Positions 21,017 through 32,885 of a stretch of 64,000 nucleotides of DNA are shown one piece after another (position 1 is the first letter of the stretch; every line of letters starts with the position of its first letter). The stretch is from an uncultured Candidatus Binatia bacterium (GTDB taxonomy: Bacteria > Desulfobacterota > Binatia > UBA9968 > CAXXLF01). The stretch spans positions 1,728,001 through 1,792,000 of the forward strand of contig OZ244621.1 of the NCBI GenBank assembly GCA_965218425.1. Reading direction: 5' to 3'. The notes beneath the pieces were generated by a model. The model was not told the DNA's origin, did not search any database, and saw only the letters and a list, made by a program, of their open reading frames with translations. The position numbers were made by a program, and so were the translations under genes.

Positions 21017-21417
21017 GCCAACCTCAATTTCTCCATATACCCCAATGACCCGCTTAGCGTAATTCTCACGCAAACTCAAGGGAAAAGCAACGCCGGATCA
21101 GCGCGATCTACGAATTGAGCCCCATCCTTTTGCGCGCCCCAGTGAGGAGAATGTTCGAAGCGGGTTTGCCTGTCGCAATCCAGCGTTTGCCGGGTGACGG
21201 AGCATTTTCGCTGGCCAATCCATAATCGCCCAGCGTCTAAAAGTTAATCAACATGCAGCTTTCCACAGGTATCCATCGGCAAGGGGTGTAGTCAACGTAA
21301 AGAAAAATCAGGGTTATACAAGATGAGTAAGGCTGGTATCCAAATTGCCTATGTACGTTTTCCTTTCACCCCGTGTGGATAAATTGATACTCGATAGGTA
21401 CGAAAGGAGAATATGTG

Positions 21418-21546
21418 ATGAGGCAGAAATTCATTCCGTCGGCATTTGTGTTAGCTATTGTGTTGGCGATGGGTCACCCTGTGCAAGGGCAGGATACCCT
21501 AAGGACTGGGGCCAGGGTGGTTAAGCCTCGACAGCAGCGTCGGTAA
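21418..21546 (+). pseudogene. 42-aa signal-peptide-bearing ORF, probably a truncated exported-protein gene
   Basis: AAGGAG RBS; MRQKFIPSAFVLAIVLAMGHPVQGQDT... followed by an early stop. Confidence 0.35.
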
Positions 21547-21718
21547 GAGGGTTCCTGATGACCCCGCCGGAACGGGTGCCGTGAGGGGTTGATTGTAATC
21601 ACAATGCAGGTGCCTCATAATCGATACGGGTGGTCGTTCCTACATCCGGGGAGTTTGCCTGAGGCGTGAGAAGTGTGGCTAACATTGGTCCTTAAATTCC
21701 AATTCCATTCTGTCAGCC

Positions 21719-22591
21719 ATGGTCATCGATAGGCGTTGCCGCCCTTTAGCCATCGCCCTTGCCATTACGTTTCTCTACTTTGTGGTGGAGGTGATCGGTG
21801 GCATTTACACCAACAGTCTAGCGCTGCTGTCCGATGCAGGGCATATGTTGTCCGACATCGCGGCCCTAGGTTTGAGTTTGTGCGCCTTCCAAATCGCGAG
21901 ACGACCGGCGACACCGCAGAAGACCTTCGGCTATCACCGTATTGAGATCGTGGCGGCCCTGGTGAACGGGTTAGTCCTATGGCTCATCGTCGGCGTCATT
22001 TTTCATGAAGCCTACCAGCGCTTCTTTACCCCCCCTGAGGTCCAAAGCCTGGGGATGCTAATCATTGCCGCCACCGGCCTCGCGGTGAATGTCGCGGCCG
22101 GTCTTATTCTTTACAAGTCTCATCACGAGAGCCTTAACGTCCACAGCGCCTTTCTTCACGTGGTGGGGGATGCTCTGGGTTCCGTGGGCGCCATGATCGC
22201 TGCGCTCATTATGTTATCCACAGGCTGGTATCTGGCCGATCCCCTAATCAGTTTCTTTATCGGCGCCCTGATTCTTTATACCTCATGGGGACTCATCAAG
22301 GAATCAGCTGACATTCTCATGCAATCAGTACCACGGGGAATCCGCCTGGACGAGGTCCAAAATTCCATGGAAAGTATAACTGGTGTTCTGAAGGTTCATG
22401 ACCTCCATGTCTGGGCTGTCACTTCAGGGGTATTTACCCTGAGCGCCCACGCAGTGGTTAACGGCGACCGCGACTTTCATCAGGTGCTAAGTGAAATGGA
22501 AAAGGCCCTAAGCGAGTGCTTCGATATCAGGCACACCACCATCCAACTCGAGACGAAAAGCCGCGAAGCCGAAGAGTTCACGGATTTTTGA
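21719..22591 (+). CDS. Cation diffusion facilitator (CzcD/ZitB-like Zn/Co/Cd exporter)
   Basis: SLALLSDAGHMLSD, TFGYHR, AFLHVVGD and VHDLHVW motifs. Confidence 0.93.
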   Translation: MVIDRRCRPLAIALAITFLYFVVEVIGGIYTNSLALLSDAGHMLSDIAALGLSLCAFQIARRPATPQKTFGYHRIEIVAALVNGLVLWLIVGVIFHEAYQRFFTPPEVQSLGMLIIAATGLAVNVAAGLILYKSHHESLNVHSAFLHVVGDALGSVGAMIAALIMLSTGWYLADPLISFFIGALILYTSWGLIKESADILMQSVPRGIRLDEVQNSMESITGVLKVHDLHVWAVTSGVFTLSAHAVVNGDRDFHQVLSEMEKALSECFDIRHTTIQLETKSREAEEFTDF

Positions 22592-22776
22592 ACGATATTT
22601 TGCACCTTTTTCACCCGTTCTCTCCTTGCCCTTGCGGTCCCCCGCTCAAGATGCTTAGGTAGTTGAAATTAGCCTTTCGGGACCCCTTGACGTTTCAAAT
22701 ATCTGACTTAAATTTGGGCTCAACTCGTTAAGTATTCGTTATTAAAAACATTGTTTTATTATTTAAGGAGGCACCA

Positions 22777-24694
<1,918 letters not shown>

Positions 24695-24717
24695 CCAAAA
24701 ATTAGTTCCAAAATCCC

Positions 24718-24758
24718 GGGTGGGAGGGGCAAAAAGGGCTCTTGAACCCCTCCCGCCC
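24718..24758 (+). terminator. GC-rich hairpin after groEL
   Basis: GGGTGGGAGGGG pairs with CCCCTCCCGCCC; no clear U-tract. Confidence 0.4.
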
Positions 24759-24773
24759 ATGACCTTCGGCCCC

Positions 24774-24836
24774 ACCCCGTGGAATAATGATAGAGTCGTT
24801 TGTTGAAGGCTCGGTGGGGGGGAGTTATTCCACTGG
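24774..24836. repeat. Small inverted-repeat element
   Basis: GTGGAATAA (24779-24787) and TTATTCCAC (24825-24833) form a perfect 9-bp inverted repeat. Confidence 0.4.
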
Positions 24837-24969
24837 AACGATCCTTGACTTTAGCGCTTTTTTTCAATAAAAATTCTAAACTTTCGCCGCGGACCGTCTC
24901 GGCGCTCCCCCTCCTACGAGGGGGTTAATTTATTTAAATGGGCACGATTGCGTGTCATGAATTCTCCTC

Positions 24970-25326
24970 ATGTCTCATCCCTATTTCCCTGTACTGATTC
25001 TCTTCCTCTTTGCGGGCGTTGTGGTCCTCTCACTGCTCCTAGTTTCTCATATCTTAGGTCCCAGCAGTCTCAACCCGGCCAAGGCCGAGCCCTTTGAATC
25101 GGGCAATCCTCCCAAGGGAGACGCTCGAATTCGCTTCCCTGTGAAGTTTTATCTGGTGGCCATGCTCTTCCTCATCTTCGATATTGAGGTGGTCTTCCTC
25201 TATCCTTGGGCCATCTACTTTCGTCATTTGGGGGTCTTTGGTCTCGTGGAGATGGGGTTCTTCTTAATCATTCTCATCGTAGGGTTCATCTACGTATGGA
25301 AGGAAGGGGCCCTGGACTGGAGCTAG
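24970..25326 (+). CDS. nuoA: NADH-quinone oxidoreductase subunit A
   Basis: PFESG, FYLVAMLFLIFDIE, GALDW. Confidence 0.96.
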   Translation: MSHPYFPVLILFLFAGVVVLSLLLVSHILGPSSLNPAKAEPFESGNPPKGDARIRFPVKFYLVAMLFLIFDIEVVFLYPWAIYFRHLGVFGLVEMGFFLIILIVGFIYVWKEGALDWS

Positions 25327-25332
25327 GAATTT

Positions 25333-25893
25333 GTGATGGAAGAGAGTTCGACATCCGCCGTGCAAACCCGGCTGCAAGGAAGAGTTCTTGAGTCTCAGAC
25401 TCTCCGGGGTGAAGAAATCATCTTCGTATCCCGTGAGGGGATGCTGGAAACATTCCGCATTCTGAAAGAGGATCCTCAACTGAACTTCGATTTTTTGATG
25501 GATATCACTGCTGTGGACTATCTCACAAAGAAGACGCCCCGTTTTGAGGTAATCTACCAATTATACTCCCTGAGCCACAACCAACGATTGAGGGTCAAGT
25601 TAGCTCTTCCAGTGGATGATCTGGAGGCGCCCTCCCTGACTTCCCTATGGAAATCCGCGGATTGGCTGGAACGGGAGGCCTGGGACATGTTCGGTGTTCG
25701 CTTTCAGGGTCATCCAGATTTGCGGAGAATATTGCTTTACGACGAGTTTCAGGGTCATCCGCTACGCAAGGACTATCCGGTGAACCTATGCCAACCTCGG
25801 GTGCCCGAGAGGGAGGTGGAGGGGACCTTTGTGGATAACGCGTCGAAAAACAAACTCCTACATCTACAGCAGAAGTTCTCCAGAAAGACGTAG
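25333..25893 (+). CDS. nuoC: NADH-quinone oxidoreductase subunit C
   Basis: WLEREAWDMFG.F.GHPDLRRIL, GHPLRKDYP. Confidence 0.95.
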   Translation: MMEESSTSAVQTRLQGRVLESQTLRGEEIIFVSREGMLETFRILKEDPQLNFDFLMDITAVDYLTKKTPRFEVIYQLYSLSHNQRLRVKLALPVDDLEAPSLTSLWKSADWLEREAWDMFGVRFQGHPDLRRILLYDEFQGHPLRKDYPVNLCQPRVPEREVEGTFVDNASKNKLLHLQQKFSRKT

Positions 25894-25899
25894 ACAGAA

Positions 25900-26270
25900 A
25901 TTATTGAGATTTTGCATTGTAATTTGGGTTTCAACTTGGGGGAATAGATGACTCGCCCGCGCAATGATGCCAAGAATGAAAAGATAACGCTTCAGTGGAA
26001 AGGATATCCCGCGGGGCGAGCTACGAAGACGCAAAGCGCGCCAAGGGAAATGCTCTAAGCGCAAAGCGTTTATTATTCAGTAACGAGTGATGAAAGCTGA
26101 GTGGAGCGGCATGAGAATTGAGAATAGAACATGGAAAATCGAATATCGAAAAACGGCCGAAAGGAAGATCGGACGTTATGCGCTTTGCGCTCAGCCCCTT
26201 GCCGTTTTTCATCTGCGTTAACCTGCGTGGGTCCGGGGTTAGGTTCTTAAAAAGATATTCGTCCGCGTTG
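25900..26270. repeat. Intergenic island of degenerate 7/9-mer repeats inside the nuo operon
   Basis: GAATTGAGAATAGAACATGGAAAATCGAATATCGAAAA; AGCGCAAAGCG and its inverse CGCTTTGCGCT; ATCTGCGTTAACCTGCGT. Confidence 0.5.
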
Positions 26271-26275
26271 ATCTA

Positions 26276-27466
26276 ATGAAATCAGAGCCACCAGAACTAC
26301 CGTTGGAAACAATGGAACTGCAGATGGGCCCCTCCCATCCAGCAACCCATGGCACCATAAAGTTCAACCTCACCCTGGAGGGGGAGAAAATCATCGCCTG
26401 TGACACGGAAGTAGGCTACCTGCACCGGGGCTTCGCCAAGAGTTGCGAGCAGGCCACATGGACACAGGTGTTTCCGTACACGGACCGCCTGAACTACGCC
26501 TCACCCCTGATCAATAACGTGGGTTACGCCTTAGCCGTGGAAAAGCTCATTGGGCTGGAGACTCCTCCCAGGTGCCAGTTTATCAGACTCATTATGAGTG
26601 AACTTTCCCGTATCTATGATCACCTCACCTGTTGTGCCATGGCCTCGTCCGAGCTGGGAGCCATCACGGCCGGATTTTACTTGATGGCAGCCCGAGAACA
26701 CCTCATGAGAACCATCGAAGCAGTTACCGGAGCGCGCCTGACGGTGACCTACGCTCGAATCGGGGGAGTGAAGCACGATTTACCCCATGATTTTCCCGAA
26801 CAGGTGGCCCGTGTCTTCCAGATCGTCAGAAAGATGCTGTCGGATTGCGACCGTCTCATCTCCCGCAATCGCATCTTTATCGACCGCTTATCCGATATAG
26901 GAGTCATTACGAAAGAGACCGCCATCTCCTATGGTCTGACGGGACCCATACTCCGTTCCACCGGGGTTAACTACGACGTTCGCAAGGCCCAACCCTATCT
27001 AATCTATGACCAGTTGGACTTCGAGGTCCCCTTGGGGTCAAAGGGGGACAACTATGACCGATTTGTCTGCCGGATTCAGGAGATCGAGCAAAGCATGCGT
27101 CTGGTGGAACAGTCATTGAAGGCCATACCCCTTGGCGCGGTTTTCGTTGACGACGCACGGTTCGTTCTGCCGCAAAAGGAAAAAGTCTACAACAGCATCG
27201 AAGGTTTGATGCACCACTTCAAAATCATTACAGAGGGGATACACGTGCCCCCTGGAGAAGTCTATCAGGCGGTTGAGGGCGGCAATGGCGAGCTGGGATT
27301 TTTCATCGTCAGTGACGGTGGAGGAAGACCCTATCGGATACGGGTACGCCCGCCTTGTTTCATCAATATGGCTGCGTTCCACGAAATGGTGCTCGGCCAT
27401 ATGGTTGCGGATATCATTCCAACTTTTGGAATGATCAATATGATCGGCGGGGAATGCGATCGTTGA
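26276..27466 (+). CDS. nuoD: NADH-quinone oxidoreductase subunit D
   Basis: GPSHPATHG, GYLHRG, DRLNY, GELGF, GECDR end. Confidence 0.96.
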   Translation: MKSEPPELPLETMELQMGPSHPATHGTIKFNLTLEGEKIIACDTEVGYLHRGFAKSCEQATWTQVFPYTDRLNYASPLINNVGYALAVEKLIGLETPPRCQFIRLIMSELSRIYDHLTCCAMASSELGAITAGFYLMAAREHLMRTIEAVTGARLTVTYARIGGVKHDLPHDFPEQVARVFQIVRKMLSDCDRLISRNRIFIDRLSDIGVITKETAISYGLTGPILRSTGVNYDVRKAQPYLIYDQLDFEVPLGSKGDNYDRFVCRIQEIEQSMRLVEQSLKAIPLGAVFVDDARFVLPQKEKVYNSIEGLMHHFKIITEGIHVPPGEVYQAVEGGNGELGFFIVSDGGGRPYRIRVRPPCFINMAAFHEMVLGHMVADIIPTFGMINMIGGECDR

Positions 27467-27544
27467 ACGGAACAAAGACTAAAGGCGGCAGGGGATCCCT
27501 TTGGTGGGGTCTCTATCGACCCGTAAGGAATAACGAGATGAACC

Positions 27545-28018
27545 ATGGCCCTGGAATTTTCCCAAGAAACACTTAAACAGTTTGACCTGGTGGTGAGCCG
27601 TTATCCCGAAAAGAGGTCGGCGGTGCTGCCGGTCCTCTACATGGCTCAAAAGGAATTCGGGCACCTCAGTCAGGAGGCCATCGAATATGTGGCCGGCTTA
27701 ATGGATATCCCGGCGGCTCGCCTCTACGGCATCGTCACCTTCTATACCATGTTAAATATGAAAGCCGTAGGGAGACACCATCTTCAGGTGTGTCGCACCC
27801 TCCCCTGCTACCTTCGAGGATCGGAAAGAGTCACCAACTACATAAGGAATAAGCTGGGCATCAATCCAGGCGAGACAACTCCAGACGGGAAATTCACTCT
27901 CTCCGAGGTGGAGTGCTTGGCCAGCTGCGGCACGGCACCGGTCATGCAGATCAACGACGACTATTGTGAAGATCTTTCAGAGGAAAAGATCGACAGGATA
28001 TTTGAACAACTGAAGTAA
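27545..28018 (+). CDS. nuoE: NADH-quinone oxidoreductase subunit E
   Basis: CRTLPC and ECLASC 2Fe-2S motifs. Confidence 0.95.
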   Translation: MALEFSQETLKQFDLVVSRYPEKRSAVLPVLYMAQKEFGHLSQEAIEYVAGLMDIPAARLYGIVTFYTMLNMKAVGRHHLQVCRTLPCYLRGSERVTNYIRNKLGINPGETTPDGKFTLSEVECLASCGTAPVMQINDDYCEDLSEEKIDRIFEQLK

Positions 28019-28026
28019 TCCCAGCC

Positions 28027-29304
28027 ATGGAAAAAGTACTGCTGCGCAACATCGAAGTCGAAGACTCTCACAAACTCGCGGTCTACCAGTCACGGCGGGG
28101 CTACGCTGCGGTGGAAAGGGTACTGAAAGGGATGACCCCCGAGCAGGTGATCGAGGAGGTGAGCTCCTCAGGCTTGAGGGGACGGGGGGGAGCAGGTTTT
28201 CCCACAGGGAGAAAATGGAGTTTTGTGCCTAAGGACATCCCAAAGCCCAAGTATCTCATTGCCAACGCGGACGAAAGTGAACCGGGAACCTTTAAAGACA
28301 GGATTTTGCTCGAGCGGGACCCCCACGCGGTGATCGAAGGGGTGATCCTTGCCGCTTTCGCCATCCAATCCCACCTTGCCTTCATCTATATTCGGGGCGA
28401 ATTCATGCCAGGCTACCTTGCACTGGAAAGAGCCCTCCAAGAGGCGAGGGAGGTCGGCTACATAGGTAAGAATATTCTCGGTTCCGGTTATGACCTGGAG
28501 CTGATCCTGCACCGGGGCGCCGGGGCGTACATTTGCGGCGAGGAGACGGGACTCATTTCCTCGCTGGAGGGGGGAAAGGGTTGGCCACGGGTCAGGCCGC
28601 CCTTCCCTGCGGTCAGCGGTCTGTTTGGTTGTCCTACCGTGGTCAACAATGTAGAAACCCTGGCGGCACTCCCCTGGATCATCGATCAGGGTGCAACCAA
28701 ATATTCGACCATGGGGACGCAGAAGAGCAAAGGCACCAAGCTCTTCTGCGTCAGTGGCCATGTCCAAAGACCGGGTGTCTATGAAATGGAAATGGGTTAT
28801 CCCCTCAAGCAGTTGCTGGAGGTGGAGTGTGGCGGGGTACTCCATGGGAGGAAACTCAAAGGGGTCATTCCTGGGGGCTCCTCAGTGCCGGTTCTGCTAC
28901 CCCAAGAGATCGAGGACATTCGATTGGATTACGAATCCATGGCTCAGGCCGGAACGTTATTAGGATCGGGCGGCGTCATTGTTATGGATGATTCCACCTG
29001 TATGGTAAGAGCGGCATGGAATATTTCCCGATTTTACGCCCATGAATCCTGCGGCCAGTGCACGCCTTGCCGTGAGGGTTGCCACTGGCTGCAAAAGCTC
29101 TTCGAGCGGATTGAGAGCGGTGCGGCCACGGATGGGGACCTGGACCTCATTCTGAGCATCAGCAATCGCATTATGGGCAAGACCATCTGCCCATTTGGGG
29201 ATGCAGCGGCCATGCCCGCCGGGGCCTTTATCAAGAAGTTCCGGGACGAGTTCGAGCGGCACATTAAGGAAAAGAAATGTACGGTGGCCAAGGGCTCGGC
29301 CTAA
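28027..29304 (+). CDS. nuoF: NADH-quinone oxidoreductase subunit F
   Basis: GRGGAGFPTG, NADESEPGTFKD, GAYICGEET, ESCGQCTPCREG. Confidence 0.97.
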   Translation: MEKVLLRNIEVEDSHKLAVYQSRRGYAAVERVLKGMTPEQVIEEVSSSGLRGRGGAGFPTGRKWSFVPKDIPKPKYLIANADESEPGTFKDRILLERDPHAVIEGVILAAFAIQSHLAFIYIRGEFMPGYLALERALQEAREVGYIGKNILGSGYDLELILHRGAGAYICGEETGLISSLEGGKGWPRVRPPFPAVSGLFGCPTVVNNVETLAALPWIIDQGATKYSTMGTQKSKGTKLFCVSGHVQRPGVYEMEMGYPLKQLLEVECGGVLHGRKLKGVIPGGSSVPVLLPQEIEDIRLDYESMAQAGTLLGSGGVIVMDDSTCMVRAAWNISRFYAHESCGQCTPCREGCHWLQKLFERIESGAATDGDLDLILSISNRIMGKTICPFGDAAAMPAGAFIKKFRDEFERHIKEKKCTVAKGSA

Positions 29305-29338
29305 CTGAAGAGATACCCAACTGGTTCCACTGGAATCC

Positions 29339-30910
29339 ATGGACACTGTGAAGATCAACATCGACGATCGGGAAATTGAAGCCGCCAAGGACAAGACGGT
29401 CATCCAGGCGGCTCTGGAGGCGGGAATCCAAATCCCCAACTACTGTTATCACCCGAAGCTCTCCATTGCCGGCAACTGCCGTATGTGTCTGGTGGAGATC
29501 GAAAAGATGCCCAGGCTCCAGATTGCCTGCAACACCCGAGTCGCTGACGGGATGGCGGTCAAGACACAGAGTCCCCAGGTCCTGGAAGCGAGAAGGGGTG
29601 TCATGGAGTTTCTCCTGATCAATCACCCGCTGGACTGCCCCATCTGCGACCAGGCGGGGGAATGCGGGCTCCAGGACTACTACATGCAACACTCCCTCGC
29701 CAGCAGTCGATTCGGTGAGAGAAAAGAACACGAACGCAAGAGGCAGGTCTTCGGTCCCAACGTTGTCTTTGACGCGGAGCGCTGTATCAAGTGTACCCGA
29801 TGCGTTCGATTCCTGGATGAGGTGACACGAACCCACGAGCTCACAGTGTTTAACCGGAGCGACGACTCCACCATTGCGCTTCTTCCCGGCAAGATACTCG
29901 ACAATCCCCTGTCCGCCAATGTGAACGACATCTGTCCCGTGGGGGCACTCACCGACCGCGACTTTCGCTTTAAAGTAAGGGTCTGGTATCTCAACACCGC
30001 TCCTTCCGTCTGCCCGGGTTGCAGCACGGGCTGTAACATAAACATCGAGACCCACCAAAATCGGATCGCTCGCTTCAAGCCTAGAATTAACGAAGCGGTC
30101 AATGAACACTGGATTTGCGATGAAGGACGCTACTGTTTCCATGACCTCACCGCAGGAGAGCGCCTCACCACCCCGCTGATCCGCCAGGAAGATGGGGAAT
30201 TAGCATCCACCGATTGGGACACCGCTATCCAAGCTACCTATCGGGGTTTAACCGGCGCCCGGACCCTTGCGGGCTTGATCTCCGGACGGAATACCAACGA
30301 GGAGGCCTTTCTCTGGGCGAAGTTCATGAAGTCAGCCTCACCTCAAGCCGTTCTGGAGGTTTTTTACCGGGAAAGAGAGCTCACCGAGGTGGAGAAGATA
30401 CTCAAGAGCCCCGACCGCAGCCCCAATTTTCGCGGAGTGAAAGAAATGGGGATAATCTCCGACGGCGGAATGGAACAATGGCGCGAGGAACTGCTTCAGG
30501 GAAACTTTGGTGCGGCTTACCTGATCGGCGAGGACGTGGTTTCTTCGTTCCCTGAGGCTGATAAAACACAAAGGGCCATAAAAGGGCTCTCCTTCCTTGT
30601 GGTGCAAGACACCCACATGACCCCAACGGCACGACTTGCCCACGTGGTTCTTCCGGGGACAAACTTCGCCGAAAAGGATGGAACCTATACCAACCGTAAG
30701 GGGAGAGTCCAGAGACTGCGCCCCGCCTTGGTAACCCCTCCAGGAGCGAGAACGGATCATGAAATCTTTAACCTCCTGTTGGCCCAAGGCGGGTATAATT
30801 CCGCGGGGCAAGCCCCGGAGCAAATTTTCCAACAGCTAACGAAAGAAATCGCTGGTTACCAAGACATGAGTTACGGCAGGATCGGGGGATCCGGCGCCCA
30901 GGTCCAATGA
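29339..30910 (+). CDS. nuoG: NADH-quinone oxidoreductase subunit G (short form, 523 aa)
   Basis: CYHPKLSIAGNCRMC, HPLDCPICDQAGEC, RCIKCTRC, CPGCSTGC. Confidence 0.93.
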   Translation: MDTVKINIDDREIEAAKDKTVIQAALEAGIQIPNYCYHPKLSIAGNCRMCLVEIEKMPRLQIACNTRVADGMAVKTQSPQVLEARRGVMEFLLINHPLDCPICDQAGECGLQDYYMQHSLASSRFGERKEHERKRQVFGPNVVFDAERCIKCTRCVRFLDEVTRTHELTVFNRSDDSTIALLPGKILDNPLSANVNDICPVGALTDRDFRFKVRVWYLNTAPSVCPGCSTGCNINIETHQNRIARFKPRINEAVNEHWICDEGRYCFHDLTAGERLTTPLIRQEDGELASTDWDTAIQATYRGLTGARTLAGLISGRNTNEEAFLWAKFMKSASPQAVLEVFYRERELTEVEKILKSPDRSPNFRGVKEMGIISDGGMEQWREELLQGNFGAAYLIGEDVVSSFPEADKTQRAIKGLSFLVVQDTHMTPTARLAHVVLPGTNFAEKDGTYTNRKGRVQRLRPALVTPPGARTDHEIFNLLLAQGGYNSAGQAPEQIFQQLTKEIAGYQDMSYGRIGGSGAQVQ

Positions 30911-30922
30911 TGCGGATCAACC

Positions 30923-32014
30923 ATGATCATTGAACTGAGTATCATTACAGCGAAGGTCGTTCTCGTCTTGTTCATGGTTTTGAACCTGGCCGGAATCATG
31001 GGGTGGGTGGAGAGAAAAGGCAGCGCTCTCATTCAGGACCGCATCGGCGCCAACCGAGCATCCGTATTCGGCTTTGCCGGACTCGGCCTGGTCAATACCT
31101 TACTCGCCGATCCCATCAAATTTCTCACTAAAGAAGATTTTATCCCACCCGGGGGGGACAGGGCTTTGCACACCCTGGCGCCCTGCCTGGCTCTATTCCC
31201 CGCCCTGGTGACCTTCGCGGTCATTCCTTTTGGCGACGTGCTGGTCATCGGCCAGAGAGTGATCAATCTTCAGGTGGCCAATATCAACGTTGGGCTCCTC
31301 TTTCTCTTCGCCTTCGCCTCGCTCGGGGTGTACGGCATCGTCATTGGCGCCTGGGCCTCAAACAACAAATTCTCCCTGTTGGGTGGAGTGAGGGGCTCGG
31401 CCCAGATGATCTCCTATGAAATTCCCATGGGACTCTCTGTGATGGGAATCTTAATGATCTATGAAACCCTGGAGTTGCAGACCATCGTCCGGGGTCAAGG
31501 AGATCTTCTGTGGGGTTGGCTTCCGGCCTGGGGCATCGTCCTGCAGCCCGTCGCTTTTATTCTATTTTTTACCGCTGCGGTTGCGGAATCCAAGAGGATC
31601 CCCTTTGATCTCCCGGAAGGGGAATCGGAGATCGTTGCCGGTTTCCACACGGAATACTCGGGAGGCAAATTTCTCATGTTCTTTGCCGCAGAATTCGCCG
31701 AGATGGTCACTGCCGCCGCCCTCATCGCCACTCTCTTCTTCGGCGGTTGGCAGGTGCCGTACCTCATGAGAGACGGTTTCCATTTTCCCGGGGGCGGGAC
31801 ATTGCTTCTCCCTCAACTTGCGGTGGTCCTTATGCAAGTGGGGGCCTTTACGGTTAAAGTCTTTTTCTTCTCCTGGCTGTTCATATTGTTGCGCTGGACC
31901 CTTCCCCGGTTCCGCTACGATCAGGTCATGCGACTGGGCTGGAAGATGCTCCTCCCCCTCGCCTTGCTCAATCTGATGGTGACCGCCGTGATTATTGTGG
32001 CTTGGGGGACGTAG
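30923..32014 (+). CDS. nuoH: NADH-quinone oxidoreductase subunit H
   Basis: ERKGSALIQDRIG, PFDLPEGESE, PRFRYDQ. Confidence 0.96.
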   Translation: MIIELSIITAKVVLVLFMVLNLAGIMGWVERKGSALIQDRIGANRASVFGFAGLGLVNTLLADPIKFLTKEDFIPPGGDRALHTLAPCLALFPALVTFAVIPFGDVLVIGQRVINLQVANINVGLLFLFAFASLGVYGIVIGAWASNNKFSLLGGVRGSAQMISYEIPMGLSVMGILMIYETLELQTIVRGQGDLLWGWLPAWGIVLQPVAFILFFTAAVAESKRIPFDLPEGESEIVAGFHTEYSGGKFLMFFAAEFAEMVTAAALIATLFFGGWQVPYLMRDGFHFPGGGTLLLPQLAVVLMQVGAFTVKVFFFSWLFILLRWTLPRFRYDQVMRLGWKMLLPLALLNLMVTAVIIVAWGT

Positions 32015-32051
32015 CGGCCCGGCGCACCAAACCCGTTGAGGATCAAGATTC

Positions 32052-32555
32052 ATGAGCGCAGAGTTGATTGCATTTTTCGCCTTATCGGCATTATTGACCG
32101 CCTGTTCCCTGCTGGTCATCTTTCAACGCAATCCAATCCATAGTGCCCTGGCCCTGGTGGCGGCACTGTTTATTGTCGCGATACTCTTTCTTATGCTGGA
32201 CGCCCCCATGCTCGGCGTTTTGCAGATTCTGGTTTATGCCGGCGCCATAATGGTCCTTTTTCTTTTCGTCATCATGCTCCTGGGCCCGGGCACATTTGAG
32301 AGGAGACGTGCCCTCTGGTGGAGCGGCGGCGGTCTTGCAGCCTTGTTCCTGGCCCTGGAGCTTTTTGCTTTTCTACTTCCCTCGCAGGGAACCAAAGCAG
32401 AGGGAATGGGGGGCCAGGTGGCCGAAGAGTTTGGCGGTCCGAAGATGCTAGCTGAAAGCCTTTTCACCCAATTTGTGCTGCCCTTTGAAATTGCCTCCAT
32501 ACTTCTATTGGTTGCAATCATTGGAACCGTGGTATTGGCGAAGAGGGATTTTTAA
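32052..32555 (+). CDS. nuoJ: NADH-quinone oxidoreductase subunit J
   Basis: [18 protein letters not shown]. Confidence 0.95.
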   Translation: MSAELIAFFALSALLTACSLLVIFQRNPIHSALALVAALFIVAILFLMLDAPMLGVLQILVYAGAIMVLFLFVIMLLGPGTFERRRALWWSGGGLAALFLALELFAFLLPSQGTKAEGMGGQVAEEFGGPKMLAESLFTQFVLPFEIASILLLVAIIGTVVLAKRDF

Positions 32556-32866
32556 TGGAATCCACGCTACCACTCAACTACCTCCTCATGCTGAGCGGGA
32601 TCGTTTTTTCCATAGGGGTTTTGGGAGTCATCATCCGGCGCAACCTCATTGTTATCATGATGTCCATCGAACTCATGCTCAACGCAGTCAACATTGCCTT
32701 CGTGGCCTTTGCGCGATCCCATGGCTCCATGGAGGGTCAGGTGATCGTTTTCTTTGTGATGACCGTGGCTGCGGCGGAGGCCGTGGTGGGGCTGGCCATT
32801 ATTATCACTGTGTTTCGGCAACGCCAGAGCCTCGACCCGCAGGACATGCAGCTTCTCAAGTGGTAG
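32555..32866 (+). CDS. nuoK: NADH-quinone oxidoreductase subunit K
   Basis: [21 protein letters not shown]. Confidence 0.96.
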   Translation: MESTLPLNYLLMLSGIVFSIGVLGVIIRRNLIVIMMSIELMLNAVNIAFVAFARSHGSMEGQVIVFFVMTVAAAEAVVGLAIIITVFRQRQSLDPQDMQLLKW

Positions 32867-32885
32867 AGATAGGACGCCGGTTTTA

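Noticed and set aside
21017..21240. Possible NAD+ (nadA-motif) riboswitch upstream of nadA
   Set aside because: I could not find the conserved motif sequence or a convincing stem; a cmscan run would settle it.
22660..22776. CIRCE element upstream of groES
   Set aside because: Only TTAGC matches; no TTAGCACTC-N9-GAGTGCTAA.
29264..30142. Long antisense ORFs over nuoG (and similarly over metG, atpA, nuoF and the cupin)
   Set aside because: Shadow frames of well-supported genes, with no motifs of their own.
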